A stretch of 64,000 nucleotides of DNA from Thermoplasmata archaeon (GTDB taxonomy: Archaea > Thermoplasmatota > Thermoplasmata > Lutacidiplasmatales > UBA184). Shown here in pieces: positions 9,053-19,196 of the stretch. The translations under genes and the position numbers were made by a program. The DNA is taken from the NCBI GenBank assembly GCA_027306505.1, contig DAHUZP010000001.1, forward strand, positions 120,932 through 184,931. Reading direction: 5' to 3'. The notes beneath the pieces were generated by a model, which saw only the letters and a list, made by a program, of their open reading frames with translations, was not told the DNA's origin and did not search any database. Numbering within the stretch: the stretch's first letter is position 1; each line of letters starts with the position of its first letter.

Positions 9053-9811
9053 ATGGCGGAGGAGGGCGCTCCAGTCCGGACGACCGCGACGCTTCGCGGG
9101 GTCACGGTCGACTTTTGGCACACGCTGGGTTACCTCAGGCCGCAGGCACGGCTCAAGCTCGAAACGGCTCGCCAGACCATCTGGACCGAACACCTTCGAG
9201 CTTCGGGGCTGGGCGATCGTGAGGCGGAGCGGTGGACCCGGTGGATCGTGCGGACCGATCACCGGTTGGAAAGAGAGGGGCGTGCGCCTTCCATATCCGG
9301 CCAGGCCCGGTTGCTCGAAGGAGCCGCGGGGGTCCGGGTGGACCGGAGCGCCCTGTCGGAGGCCCTGGACGGGGCGCTCCTCGGTTCTCCCGTACGACCT
9401 CTCCCCGGCGCCGTGGAGGCCCTTCGGGGCATGCGGTCCCGCGGGCTCGAGCTCGCGCTCATCTCGAACGTGGTCTTTGAGAGCCCACGCGCGAGCGTCC
9501 GGGTCTTGGAACGTCTGGGGATGGCACGCTACCTCCCCGTGCTGGCCTTCTCTGCGGAGCACCCGTGGTCCAAACCAGATCCCCGCATCTTCCGGTGGGC
9601 GCTCCGGGAGCTCGGGGTCCGTCCCGGCGAGGCCCTCCACATCGGAGACCTTCCGTTGGACGTGGCGGGAGCCCTGGACGCCGGGATGGACGCGCTCCGG
9701 CTGACCTGGGAGGAACGTGCCCGGGGGGTCCGAAAGGACCTGGGGCCCCGCGACGTCAGGAACTGGCGGGAGGCCTTCCGACGGGTTCTGGCTCGCAGGT
9801 CCGAAAGCTGA
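9053..9811 (+). CDS. HAD-superfamily hydrolase
   Basis: VDFWHTL (motif I), LISN (II), KPDPRIF (III), HIGDLPLDVAGA (IV). Confidence 0.88.
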   Translation: MAEEGAPVRTTATLRGVTVDFWHTLGYLRPQARLKLETARQTIWTEHLRASGLGDREAERWTRWIVRTDHRLEREGRAPSISGQARLLEGAAGVRVDRSALSEALDGALLGSPVRPLPGAVEALRGMRSRGLELALISNVVFESPRASVRVLERLGMARYLPVLAFSAEHPWSKPDPRIFRWALRELGVRPGEALHIGDLPLDVAGALDAGMDALRLTWEERARGVRKDLGPRDVRNWREAFRRVLARRSES

Positions 9812-9855
9812 CCCCGTAGACCGGGCGGAGAGACGCTGGGAACCTGGCGAGGGCC

Positions 9856-12714
9856 TCAATCCCAGAACGCGCGGGTCTGGGCGAAGTTCCGCTCTGCCCG
9901 CACCAGATCGGTGAGGAGCGCGTCCTCTCCGCGGTGGTGGCCCGCGAGGATCCGCCGGGCGGTCTCGGGCCCCACCCCCCGCGCCGCGAGGGCGAGGAGC
10001 GCGGCCTCCCCGTGCACCGCCAGCAGTTCCGCCGTCATGTAAGCGGCCCGCATGACCTTCTTCTCGAGGGGGGTGACCCGGCTCGTCGGACGGTCTCCCC
10101 TACGTTTCCGGGCCCTAAGGTACTTCCGCAGGACCTTCAGTTCCTCTTCTCTGCGTGGGGACATCACGGCGGAGAGCGCGCCCTTGCATAGGCGGCACGC
10201 CGACCCTCCGCTCGCCTTCCAGCCTTCGGCCGTGACCGTCCGTTCGAAACCGCATCGAACGCACACCAACAGGAGCGGCTCCTTGCGGAGACGCTCCTTG
10301 ACGGCCTTGAGCAAGGTAGGGGGAGGGACGTCACCGATCTGCTGCCAGCGCAGCCGCTCGAGGACCCGGCTCCCCAGGGAGCTAGGAAGCGGAAGGACAC
10401 GAACGAAGCGGAGCTTTCCATCCCGGCGGAGTCGGAAGACCTCGCGCGCCCGGGCCAGGTCGTAGCGGTCGTGCAGCGTCTTCTCGAGCGCCTCTTCCCC
10501 TAGGGGTGTCCCCTGGCTCGTCTCCAAGAGCGGCTCGAGGGTCCGAAGCTGACGCGCGTCCGCCCCCAGCGGGAGCAGGCCGAACTTGCGGGCAACGGTG
10601 GTGAAGGTCCAACGGTATTCCATGCCGGTGGGGACGAGACGGCGCAGGAGGCCCTCCACTGTGTCGGGGTCCACGTCCCAGAGCGATTCCGCCTCCGCCG
10701 GGGAAGGGAGGGAGGGAAGCCCAATGACGAACCATGTCGGTTCGATGAGCAGGACGTCCGACCGTACCCCGAAGCGGGACGTGGCGAGACCAGAGAGCAG
10801 CGTGGCCAGCGTCGCGTTCGCCCGGGTGCCGAAGCACGCCCCCACCACCATGAGACGCCCGTGCACCTCGAGGGTCACGGTCCGGTCCGAAGGGAACTCT
10901 GGCAGGGCTCTCAGGTCGCGGTTGCGACGCGAGAGCCTAAGGGCGGCCTCGTCCGCGAGAGGGTAGCTCCCCGGCTCCCCTTCGCGACGTAGTCGTCCGA
11001 TCTCCTGGGCGACCTCGAAGGGCACGGGGATGTCCTCACCGGCCCATCGAGGCTCCTCGCCGATCTCCTGGACCGCCTCCACCAGCAGTTCCTCTTCACG
11101 GAACTCGACCACCCTCCAGGTCGTCCCGTGCAGCAGGAAGGCGAAGGACGGGTTCGCGAGCACCTGGGTCACCACGAACCGCTCGTCCAGGGTGCCGATC
11201 ACCCGTCGAGAGCCGAGGTCGCGTAGCGGGTAGGTCTTCTCCTCCGGGATGAGCGAGAGCGTGGCGTAGAATCGCTGGAGCGTCCCTCGACCGGCGCGGA
11301 GGCGTGGCCCCTCCTGGCGCAGGGAGCCCAATCCCTCCAGAAAGGACGCGAGATCGCGAACCTCCTCCAGCTTGAGGTCACGAGTCGGCACGGAGGCGAG
11401 CAACGTCGAGAGGGTCGCGTCGGTAGGGACCTCCCGCTCGGCCCGAAGCGTCGCGATGAGCTGCTGGGCGAGGGCGAGCCGGTTGCGAGGCCGGATCGAG
11501 ATGTTCTCGACCTCTCGGGAGAGCACCCGCCTTCCGAGGACCGCCGCCTCCTCCAGGTCCTCGTCGTCCAGCGCGATCACGGTCCCAGAGGAGACCGCGC
11601 CCCTCCGATGGCCGGACCTTCCGATGCGTTGGAGCAGCCGTGCCGCCTGGTGCGGTGAGCCGAACTGGACGACGTGGTCCGCGACCCCGATGTCGATGCC
11701 GAGCTCGAGCGAGCTGGTCGCGACGAGCGCCCTCAGCTCACCCCGCCGGAACCGCTCCTCCGTCTCTTCTCGGACCTCTCGGGAGAGCGAGCCGTGGTGG
11801 ACCGCGACCGGGAGGTCGGGGACCAAGCGGCGCAGCCGTGCGGCGAGCGATTCTGCGGTGGGCCGGGTGTTGACGAAGAGCAGCGTCGACCGGTGCTGAC
11901 GCACCTCCTCGACCACCGCGAGCAGGGCCGCGAGGAGCCCCTCGTCGGCCTTGAGGTCCGCACGCAACGTTGCGGGGATCGCGGCGACGGCCTCAGGACC
12001 CGCGGGGGTCCTGATCGACACGGCGAACTCCTTCTTCGCCGCGACGTTCAGCACCTCCACATCGCTCCGGGGGGACAGGAACGTGGCGACCTCCCTGGGG
12101 TTCCCCACGGTCGCGGAGAGCCCTATACGCCGGACGTGATGCCCAACTAGCGCGTCTAGCCGGTCCAGCGAAACGGCGAGCTGGGCCCCACGATCGTTCG
12201 AGGCGAGCTCATGGATCTCGTCCACCACCACCGCCCGCAGCTGAAGCAGGCCTCGGCGGAGCTGGCGGCCGACGAGGAGCAGTTGCAGGGTCTCGGGGGT
12301 GGTCACCAGGAGCTCGGGCGGCTTCGCCGACTGCTTCGTCCGTTCGTGCGCGGGGGTGTCGCCATGACGGACCGCCGCCCTCCAGCCGAGCGCTTCCATC
12401 CACCCGACCAAACGTCCATCGAGGTCGCGGTTTAGCGCACGCAGCGGGGTGATGTAGAGGAACGCGATCGCTGGACCTGGCCGGGTGGAGAACTCGCTCA
12501 GCAGGGGGAGCAGGGCGGCCTCGGTCTTGCCGGTCCCCGTCGGCGCGACGAGGAGGGCCTCCGCCCCCTGCGTCAGGCGAGGCCAAGCGAGCTCCTGGAT
12601 CTCGGTCGGCTCGAGCAGCCCCTTGTTCAGGGCGACCTCTACCACCCGGGGATGCAGTCCGAGCTCGATGCCACGGTGGGGGGATCCATCCTTCACGGTC
12701 TGACGGTAGGCCAT
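9856..12714 (-). CDS. lhr: Lhr-family DEAD/DEAH-box helicase
   Basis: APTGTGKT, PLRALNRD, TTPETL, DEIH, GLSAT, HHGSLS, TSSLELGIDIG, QRIGRSGH, and a C-terminal CxxC/CxxC zinc finger. Confidence 0.92.
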   Translation of the reverse strand: MAYRQTVKDGSPHRGIELGLHPRVVEVALNKGLLEPTEIQELAWPRLTQGAEALLVAPTGTGKTEAALLPLLSEFSTRPGPAIAFLYITPLRALNRDLDGRLVGWMEALGWRAAVRHGDTPAHERTKQSAKPPELLVTTPETLQLLLVGRQLRRGLLQLRAVVVDEIHELASNDRGAQLAVSLDRLDALVGHHVRRIGLSATVGNPREVATFLSPRSDVEVLNVAAKKEFAVSIRTPAGPEAVAAIPATLRADLKADEGLLAALLAVVEEVRQHRSTLLFVNTRPTAESLAARLRRLVPDLPVAVHHGSLSREVREETEERFRRGELRALVATSSLELGIDIGVADHVVQFGSPHQAARLLQRIGRSGHRRGAVSSGTVIALDDEDLEEAAVLGRRVLSREVENISIRPRNRLALAQQLIATLRAEREVPTDATLSTLLASVPTRDLKLEEVRDLASFLEGLGSLRQEGPRLRAGRGTLQRFYATLSLIPEEKTYPLRDLGSRRVIGTLDERFVVTQVLANPSFAFLLHGTTWRVVEFREEELLVEAVQEIGEEPRWAGEDIPVPFEVAQEIGRLRREGEPGSYPLADEAALRLSRRNRDLRALPEFPSDRTVTLEVHGRLMVVGACFGTRANATLATLLSGLATSRFGVRSDVLLIEPTWFVIGLPSLPSPAEAESLWDVDPDTVEGLLRRLVPTGMEYRWTFTTVARKFGLLPLGADARQLRTLEPLLETSQGTPLGEEALEKTLHDRYDLARAREVFRLRRDGKLRFVRVLPLPSSLGSRVLERLRWQQIGDVPPPTLLKAVKERLRKEPLLLVCVRCGFERTVTAEGWKASGGSACRLCKGALSAVMSPRREEELKVLRKYLRARKRRGDRPTSRVTPLEKKVMRAAYMTAELLAVHGEAALLALAARGVGPETARRILAGHHRGEDALLTDLVRAERNFAQTRAFWD

Positions 12715-12936
12715 CCTTCCACCAACACGGGACCGCAAGAGGATGCCCTCTGTACCCGCTGATCACGAGGGGGGGCGCCCGCCCCCGACGGGCCTGTCAG
12801 GGAGGACGATTCCACCCCCTCTCCTCCCTTCATCCCCCCCGGGCGCCCCTACGGCCTGATGCCGTGCTCACCCGCCGCCCGGCGTGCAGCGGGGGCGCAC
12901 GACAACCTCTTGGACTGCAGCCCCCTGGCAGCTTCG

Positions 12937-13839
12937 ATGCCGGACGTGTCGTCTCCCGATGACCTAAGGGTCCGGCTCGAGAGCACCCTCCGACCCCTCG
13001 GGTCGGTCGTCGTGGCCTTCTCCGGGGGGGTGGACTCCGCCGTGGTCGCGGCGGGCGCCTTTCGGGCCCTGGGCGAGCGCGCCGTCGCGGTCACGATCCG
13101 GGGGCCCGCGGTCGCCCGGGAAGAGGGGGAACGGGCGCGCCGGGCGGCCCGGCAGATAGGCATACGTCACCTGGAGGTCGAGCTCGATCCCGTATCGGAC
13201 CGACGGTACGCCTCGAACCCCTCCGACCGCTGTTACTTCTGCCGCTCCATGGAGGGGGATGCGCTCCTCTCCATCGCTCGAAGGCAGGGCCTCGAGAACG
13301 TGGTCGACGGCATCCATCGGGACGATCTCGGCGATGACCGACCCGGGCTCCGGGCCATGAACGAGCGGAAGGTCCACCACCCTCTCCTCGATGCCGGGCT
13401 GGGGAAGGCGGAGGTTCGAAGCCTCGCGCGTCTCTTCGAGCTCCCGAACGCGGACGCTCCCTCCAACAGCTGCCTCGCTTCCCGTGTCGCCCACGGCGAG
13501 CTCATCACCGTCGAACTGCTCGCGAGAGTGGAGAGGGCGGAGGAGGAGCTGCACCGGCTTGGGTTCCGGCAGGTCCGGGTCCGGACCTCGCGGGGCATCG
13601 CCCGTGTCGAGGTGGGCCCCGAGGAGGTCTCCCGCCTTCTCGAGCCGAGAACGCGGGCGGAGGTCGAAGAGCGACTCCGCAGGGAAGGGTTCTTGGTGGT
13701 GGAGATCGATCCCCGGGGCTACCACCCTTCCGGGGCGCCGCGTCCCGTTTCACGGTCCGAGGTGCAGGAAGAGGGCCCGGTCCCGCCCTCGGGCTCGAAC
13801 ACGTTCCAGAGGTCCGCTGCGACGGACCCGGGAGGGTGA
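12937..13839 (+). CDS. larE: LarE-family ATP-dependent sulfur transferase (PP-loop)
   Basis: AFSGGVDS PP-loop, RCYFC, DDRPG, SCLASR, QVRVR, ARVEV. Confidence 0.88.
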   Translation: MPDVSSPDDLRVRLESTLRPLGSVVVAFSGGVDSAVVAAGAFRALGERAVAVTIRGPAVAREEGERARRAARQIGIRHLEVELDPVSDRRYASNPSDRCYFCRSMEGDALLSIARRQGLENVVDGIHRDDLGDDRPGLRAMNERKVHHPLLDAGLGKAEVRSLARLFELPNADAPSNSCLASRVAHGELITVELLARVERAEEELHRLGFRQVRVRTSRGIARVEVGPEEVSRLLEPRTRAEVEERLRREGFLVVEIDPRGYHPSGAPRPVSRSEVQEEGPVPPSGSNTFQRSAATDPGG

Positions 13840-15905
13840 GCTTGCCCTCCGCAGCGCGGGGGGGAGCCTCGAGCTCCACGACGGCCCCGCAGGAAGAGCG
13901 CGCCTTGGCCCCTCAACCCCTCCCCGGTCGATTCCTGCTCGAGAGCCCGTTGCAGCCGCGAGGGGACCAACCTGGAGCGATCCGCAAGCTCGTGGAGGGC
14001 CTTCGGAACGGTGACCGGTACCAGACCCTTCTCGGGGTGACCGGATCCGGCAAGACCTTCACCATGGCCCACGTCATCGAGGCGCTCCAGCGCCCGACGT
14101 TGGTCATCTCGCCCAACAAGACCCTGGCCGCTCAGCTGGTGAGCGAGTTCCGGGACGTGTTCCCTCACAACGCGGTGGAGTACTTCGTCAGCTACTACGA
14201 CTACTACCAGCCCGAGGCCTACGTCCCTCAGATCGACCTCTACGTGGAGAAGGACGCCTCGGTGAACGAGGAGATCGACCGCCTTCGGCACCGGGCCACG
14301 CAAGCCCTCCTCACCCGGCGCGATGTAGTGATCGTCGCCTCGGTGAGCTGCATCTATGGGCTCGGCTCTCCGGAGGACTACCGGGCCCAGACGCTCCTGC
14401 TGGCGAAGGGATCGACCTGGACCCGGCGCGATCTCTTCCAGAAGCTCATCGCCATGCGCTACCAGCGGAACGACATGGAGCTCAAGCGCGGCCGGTTCCG
14501 GGTCCGGGGGTCGACCATCGACCTGCTGGGAGCGGCGGAGAGCGGTCACCGATTGATCTTCGATGGAGACACGCTCTCGGACATCCTCTCCTTCGACCCT
14601 GTCACCGGTGAGGACAGGGAACCCGTCGAGCAGCTCCAGGTGTTCCCGGCGACGCACTTCCTGACGCCTCAGGAGACCTTGCAAGATGCCCTGTCCGACG
14701 TGGAAAAGGAGCTCCAAGCGCAATACGCGGAGCTCCAGTCGTCCGGGAAGATGCTGGAGGCCCAGCGACTCAAGAGCCGCACCGAGTACGACCTCGAGAT
14801 GATCCGTGAAGCGGGCTACTGCAACGGGATCGAGAACTACTCCCACCACCTCACGCGCCGTCAGCCGGGAGAGGCCCCTTACACGCTCATCGACTTCTTT
14901 CCGAAGGACGCGCTGTTCTTCGTGGACGAGTCCCACGTCACCCTGCCGCAGGTCCGGGGGATGTACGAGGGCGACCGGAGTCGCAAGGACAACCTGGTGG
15001 ACTTCGGGTGGCGGCTCCCCTCCTGCCGGGACAATCGGCCGCTCAAGTGGACCGAGTTCCTCGCTCGGACGCACCAGATGATCTTCGTGTCGGCGACCCC
15101 CGGCCCTATCGAGCACAAGCTCGCAGGCGACCGCGTCGCGGAACAGATCATCCGACCGACCGGGCTTGTCGACCCCCCGATCGAGGTGCGGCCCATCCGC
15201 GGTCACATGGCCGACCTGGTCCAGGAGCTCCAGGCCCGGGTCGACAAGGGCCAGCGCAGCCTGGTGACGACGCTCACCAAGTCCACGGCGGAGGAGCTCG
15301 CGAACTACCTCTCAGGACTGCACCTCAAGGTCCGCTACCTGCACAGCGACGTCGAGACGCTCAAGCGGGTCGAGGTCCTTCGTGACCTCCGGCTCGGGCG
15401 CTTCGATGTCCTCGTCGGGATTAACCTGCTCCGGGAAGGGCTCGACCTCCCTGAGGTGAGCCTCGTCGCGATCCTCGACGCCGACAAGGAAGGCTACCTC
15501 CGCTCCGAGACCGCGCTTATCCAGACCTCGGGACGCGCCTCCCGCAATCTCGAGGGGAAGGTCATCCTCTACGCGGACCGGATGACGGGGTCCATGGAGC
15601 GGGCGATCCGGGAGACGGACCGCCGGCGCGCGAAGCAGGTCGCCTACAACGAGGCGAACGGGATCGTCCCGGCGACGATCGTGAAGGAGGTCCACAGCCT
15701 GCTCGAAGGCGACGACGCGGCGGAGAGCGGAGAGCTCTCTACGAGCGGCCTCGGCAAGAAGTGGAAGGAGCGCCTTCCGCTGCTGCTCGCGAACCTGGAG
15801 GAGGAGATGCGGCTCGCGGCCGATCGGCTCGAGTTCGAGAAGGCCGGAAGGATCCGGGACCGCATCCGGGCGCTCCAGAAGCGGGCCGGCCTCTCGCCCC
15901 GGTAG
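13836..15905 (+). CDS. uvrB: Excinuclease ABC subunit B
   Basis: GVTGSGKTFT, FVSYYDYYQPEAY beta-hairpin, DESH, DNRPL, QIIRPTGL, INLLREGLD, C-terminal UVR coiled coil. Confidence 0.97.
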   Translation: MSLPSAARGGASSSTTAPQEERALAPQPLPGRFLLESPLQPRGDQPGAIRKLVEGLRNGDRYQTLLGVTGSGKTFTMAHVIEALQRPTLVISPNKTLAAQLVSEFRDVFPHNAVEYFVSYYDYYQPEAYVPQIDLYVEKDASVNEEIDRLRHRATQALLTRRDVVIVASVSCIYGLGSPEDYRAQTLLLAKGSTWTRRDLFQKLIAMRYQRNDMELKRGRFRVRGSTIDLLGAAESGHRLIFDGDTLSDILSFDPVTGEDREPVEQLQVFPATHFLTPQETLQDALSDVEKELQAQYAELQSSGKMLEAQRLKSRTEYDLEMIREAGYCNGIENYSHHLTRRQPGEAPYTLIDFFPKDALFFVDESHVTLPQVRGMYEGDRSRKDNLVDFGWRLPSCRDNRPLKWTEFLARTHQMIFVSATPGPIEHKLAGDRVAEQIIRPTGLVDPPIEVRPIRGHMADLVQELQARVDKGQRSLVTTLTKSTAEELANYLSGLHLKVRYLHSDVETLKRVEVLRDLRLGRFDVLVGINLLREGLDLPEVSLVAILDADKEGYLRSETALIQTSGRASRNLEGKVILYADRMTGSMERAIRETDRRRAKQVAYNEANGIVPATIVKEVHSLLEGDDAAESGELSTSGLGKKWKERLPLLLANLEEEMRLAADRLEFEKAGRIRDRIRALQKRAGLSPR

Positions 15906-15981
15906 AGGTCCAGGGGAAGGGCGGCTACCCGACCGGGAGGGCCCGAGGCAAGCCTCTTAGCGCCCCGTGCGTGGGGAAGGG

Positions 15982-16071
15982 CGCTGGGGGAGCCATCTTG
16001 CGGCTGAGAGGACAGATGTCATCTGTCGACCCCTCGAACCTGATCCGGGCAATGCCGGCGAAGGGAAGACG
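15982..16071 (+). promoter_or_regulatory. TPP (THI-box) riboswitch
   Basis: GGGGAGCC...GGCTGAGAG, hairpin GACAGAT/ATCTGTC, GACCC..GAACCTGATCCGGGCAATGCCGGCGAAGGGA; lies about 40 nt upstream of a thiamine-binding protein gene. Confidence 0.93.
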
Positions 16072-16109
16072 ATGGCCAGCATAGGGAAGGCTCCCGCACG
16101 CGGCGGGAC

Positions 16110-17327
16110 ATGAGCACGGAGAGCACCCTGGAAACGGCGCCAGCCACAACGGACGATGGACCTTCCCCTGAGGGCCCTCCGGGCGGGAAGGGACCTCCTC
16201 CTGCGCGAAGGCGCGTTCGGCCGAGATGGTCGGTCTGGCTCGCAGTGGCGATCATCCTCGGCGCGGCCATCGGAAGCTATGCCGCCTACCACCTCCTGAC
16301 CACCCCGCACCCTGCCCCAACGACCCTGACGATCTGGACCTACGACGGGCTCTTCGGAGGAGGGAGCGACCCGAACCAGACCCGGGCGGAGGTCTTCGGG
16401 GGCTTCACGAACATGACGGGCATCTCGATCCATCTGGTCTACATCGCGGGCGACCTTGCGCAGGCGCTGAGCGACGCGAAGCCGGGCGCACGACCCGACC
16501 TCGTCATGGGCCTGGATGAGCTCGAAGCGCCGCTCGCGGACCAGGCGGGACTCCTGGTACCTTACACCTCCCCGGAGCTCTCGCAGGTGAACGCTTCGGT
16601 GGTGAACGCGATCGCCCCGGACCGCTCGGTCACTCCCTACGAGTTCGGTTACCTCGGACTCGACTACGCCCTGACCCTCCCGACCAACGCCACGTCCACC
16701 TTCTCAGGAGGAGACTTCTTCCAAGCCATGGCGGTGAACCCCTCCCTCGCGAAGGACCTCTACTACCCAGACCCGGTACAGGGGGACATCACGGGCGAGG
16801 AGTTCCTCGCCTGGCAGGTCGAGTATTACACCCATGTGCTCCACCAGAACTGGACGACCTTCTGGAAGAGCGTAGCCCCCTACGTCCATCCCCAACCCGA
16901 CTGGACCTCCTGCTGGAACGCGTTCACGGCGAGCGTGGGCGCCTCCCCGACCTGTCTCAGCTATACCTCGGACCCGGCCGCTGAGGCCTACTTCGGGTCG
17001 CCCGGATGGATGAACACCTCCGTGGTGCACCAGGGGGGACACGCCTGGAGCTGGATGACCGTCTACGGCACCGGGATCGTACAAGGGACCCCCCATTTGT
17101 CCGCCGCAGAACGCTTCGTGGACTGGACGCTGGACCCCAAGGTCCAGGCGCTGGTCCCGACGAACGAGTGGATGTACCCCGCGAATGGGGCGATCGGTCT
17201 GCCATCGTGCTACAACTGGACCGACCCGCCCTCCGCGCTGACCCCGGTGAACCAGTTCACGACGCCCGCCCAGAGCTCCTCGGAGATGACCGGTTGGGTG
17301 CTGCAGCTCGCGACCATCCTGGCCTAG
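16110..17327 (+). CDS. thiB: Thiamine ABC transporter substrate-binding protein
   Basis: N-terminal TM anchor, LTIWTYD, DLVMGLD, PYEFGY, SYTSDPA, NEWMYP; directly under the TPP riboswitch. Confidence 0.88.
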   Translation: MSTESTLETAPATTDDGPSPEGPPGGKGPPPARRRVRPRWSVWLAVAIILGAAIGSYAAYHLLTTPHPAPTTLTIWTYDGLFGGGSDPNQTRAEVFGGFTNMTGISIHLVYIAGDLAQALSDAKPGARPDLVMGLDELEAPLADQAGLLVPYTSPELSQVNASVVNAIAPDRSVTPYEFGYLGLDYALTLPTNATSTFSGGDFFQAMAVNPSLAKDLYYPDPVQGDITGEEFLAWQVEYYTHVLHQNWTTFWKSVAPYVHPQPDWTSCWNAFTASVGASPTCLSYTSDPAAEAYFGSPGWMNTSVVHQGGHAWSWMTVYGTGIVQGTPHLSAAERFVDWTLDPKVQALVPTNEWMYPANGAIGLPSCYNWTDPPSALTPVNQFTTPAQSSSEMTGWVLQLATILA

Positions 17328-19196
17328 ATGCCGGAGCAGCCGGGGAGCTCCCCGCCGGGAGGGCTCGTGGAAGGCATGACGGGCGGCCCTCTTGGCGAAG
17401 CGGGGCCGGGAAGGAGCGGAGCTCGAGCGGGGCCCCCCACCGTCCCGCGGACTCCCCTCCCTAGGACCTCCCTTCGAGCGCTCGGCGATCTCGGAGGCCT
17501 GGGGCCGGCCCTCGTCTTTATCGTGCTGTTCTCTTTCCTTCCGCTGTCCGCGCTGGTCGTCGAGGCCTGGTCCTCGCAGGGCGGAGCGACGGGTCTCGTC
17601 TCCGTGCTCTTCGACCCGGGCATCGTCGGACAATTGGTCCGACAGGGGCTTGTGAACTCCCTCGTGCAGGGGCTTCTGAGCGCGGCCTTGGCCTTCGGCT
17701 GGGGGCTGCCGGTCGGAGTCCTGCTCGGCCGCCTTCGCTTCCGCGGTCGCGGGTTCCTCCTCGCTTTCCTACTGGTCCCCTTCCTCCTGCCCGCTCTCGT
17801 CGTCGTGCTGGGCGTTCAGGAGCTCTTCAATCCCGGGGGCCCTGGCACTTCCGCGGGGTTCCTCTCGGCAGTGTGGGCACCCGCCGGGAGCCTGGGCACG
17901 GGACTGCCCGCCATCCTGACGGTGAACGTCTTCTACAACACCTCGATGGTCGCGCTCTTCACCGTCGCGGGAACGACGCAGTCCTCCCCAAGCCTGGAGG
18001 ATGCCGTCGCGACGCTGGGAGGGTCCCCTTGGCGGGGCTTTCGCGATGTCTGGGGGCGTCCTGCCCTGCTGGGAGCTTCGGCGGGGGCCCTGCTCACCTT
18101 CCTCTTTTCGTTCCTCAGCTTCGCGCCCCCGCTCGTCCTCGGGGGGGAGAGGACCTACACCGTGGAAGACTGGATCTACGCGTTCTTCCATTTGCGGCCG
18201 GGGGTCCCGCTAGGCCTCTCGCTGGGACTCTCTCTGTGGACCATGCTCCTGCTGCTGCTGCCGAGCCTGCTCTACCTCCTGCTCGCCCGACGTGTGCAGC
18301 TCTTCTCTCCGTCCTCGGGAGCCTCCTCCTCAGGACGCAGGACCATCTTCTGGGGGTCCTTGCGACCCTTCCGCCCATCCTGGGACCTGCCGTTCGTCGC
18401 CTTCACGGCGGCCCTGGTGGGTTTCGTGGGCCTGCTCCTGGGGGCGGTGATCGTCGGCTCCTGCCTCACTTTCCCCATGGGAGGGTCGCCCTGGGGACAC
18501 CTGGGTCTCGAGGATTGGCAGTTCCTCTTCTCCGACCGGGCGACCCAGGCGTTGGGAGGGACCTCGACGGTCGAGGCGATCGGGAACACGCTCTTCTTCG
18601 CCAGCGCCTCCACCCTCCTACTGCTCCTGGTCGGGCTCACCGCCGGCTTCTCGCGTCTCAGGCACCCCCGGGCCGGGATGTGGACGGACCTGCTGTCGTT
18701 CGTTCCGTTGCTGTCCTCGCCGGTCATCCTGGCCCTCGCGCTCTGGAGCTTCTATGGCGACACGCTCTACACGCCGACCCTGCTGTGGGTCCTCATCCTC
18801 GGGGCGCAGGCCGGGCTCGCCCTCCCCTTCGTGCTCCAGACCGTGAGCACGGCGTTCCGGGCGAACTCGCCCGCCGGCCGAGAGGCCGCTCAGCTCCTCG
18901 GAGCGAGCCGGTGGAGGGCCTTCCTAGACGTGGACGTCCCGGCGACCCGGGGAGCGCTGCTCGCCTCCTCGCTCTTCTCCTTCGCGTTGTCCCTGGGCGA
19001 GTTCACCGCGACGAACTTCCTCTATACTCCCCCGTACACGACCCTCGTGGTCGAGATGTACTTCCTGACGGGGGGGCGCCTCCTCGGAGCGGTGGGGGCC
19101 GCGGCCGCCCAGGCGCTGGGAGGGCTGCTGGTCCTCGTGAGCCTAGCCTCGTTCCTCGTGATCCTGGAGGTGGGTCGACGTGCCGGAAACCGCTGA
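17328..19196 (+). CDS. thiP: Thiamine/iron-type ABC transporter permease (double TMD)
   Basis: Two EAA loops (LEDAVATLGGS, REAAQLLGAS), VPFLLP, SLGEF. True start may be slightly downstream. Confidence 0.85.
   Translation: MPEQPGSSPPGGLVEGMTGGPLGEAGPGRSGARAGPPTVPRTPLPRTSLRALGDLGGLGPALVFIVLFSFLPLSALVVEAWSSQGGATGLVSVLFDPGIVGQLVRQGLVNSLVQGLLSAALAFGWGLPVGVLLGRLRFRGRGFLLAFLLVPFLLPALVVVLGVQELFNPGGPGTSAGFLSAVWAPAGSLGTGLPAILTVNVFYNTSMVALFTVAGTTQSSPSLEDAVATLGGSPWRGFRDVWGRPALLGASAGALLTFLFSFLSFAPPLVLGGERTYTVEDWIYAFFHLRPGVPLGLSLGLSLWTMLLLLLPSLLYLLLARRVQLFSPSSGASSSGRRTIFWGSLRPFRPSWDLPFVAFTAALVGFVGLLLGAVIVGSCLTFPMGGSPWGHLGLEDWQFLFSDRATQALGGTSTVEAIGNTLFFASASTLLLLLVGLTAGFSRLRHPRAGMWTDLLSFVPLLSSPVILALALWSFYGDTLYTPTLLWVLILGAQAGLALPFVLQTVSTAFRANSPAGREAAQLLGASRWRAFLDVDVPATRGALLASSLFSFALSLGEFTATNFLYTPPYTTLVVEMYFLTGGRLLGAVGAAAAQALGGLLVLVSLASFLVILEVGRRAGNR

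Noticed and set aside
17325-17330. thiB TAG immediately followed by an in-frame ATG of thiP (possible amber read-through or pyrrolysine)
   Set aside because: Simple gene adjacency explains it. There are no pyl genes in the window and the linker is low-complexity.
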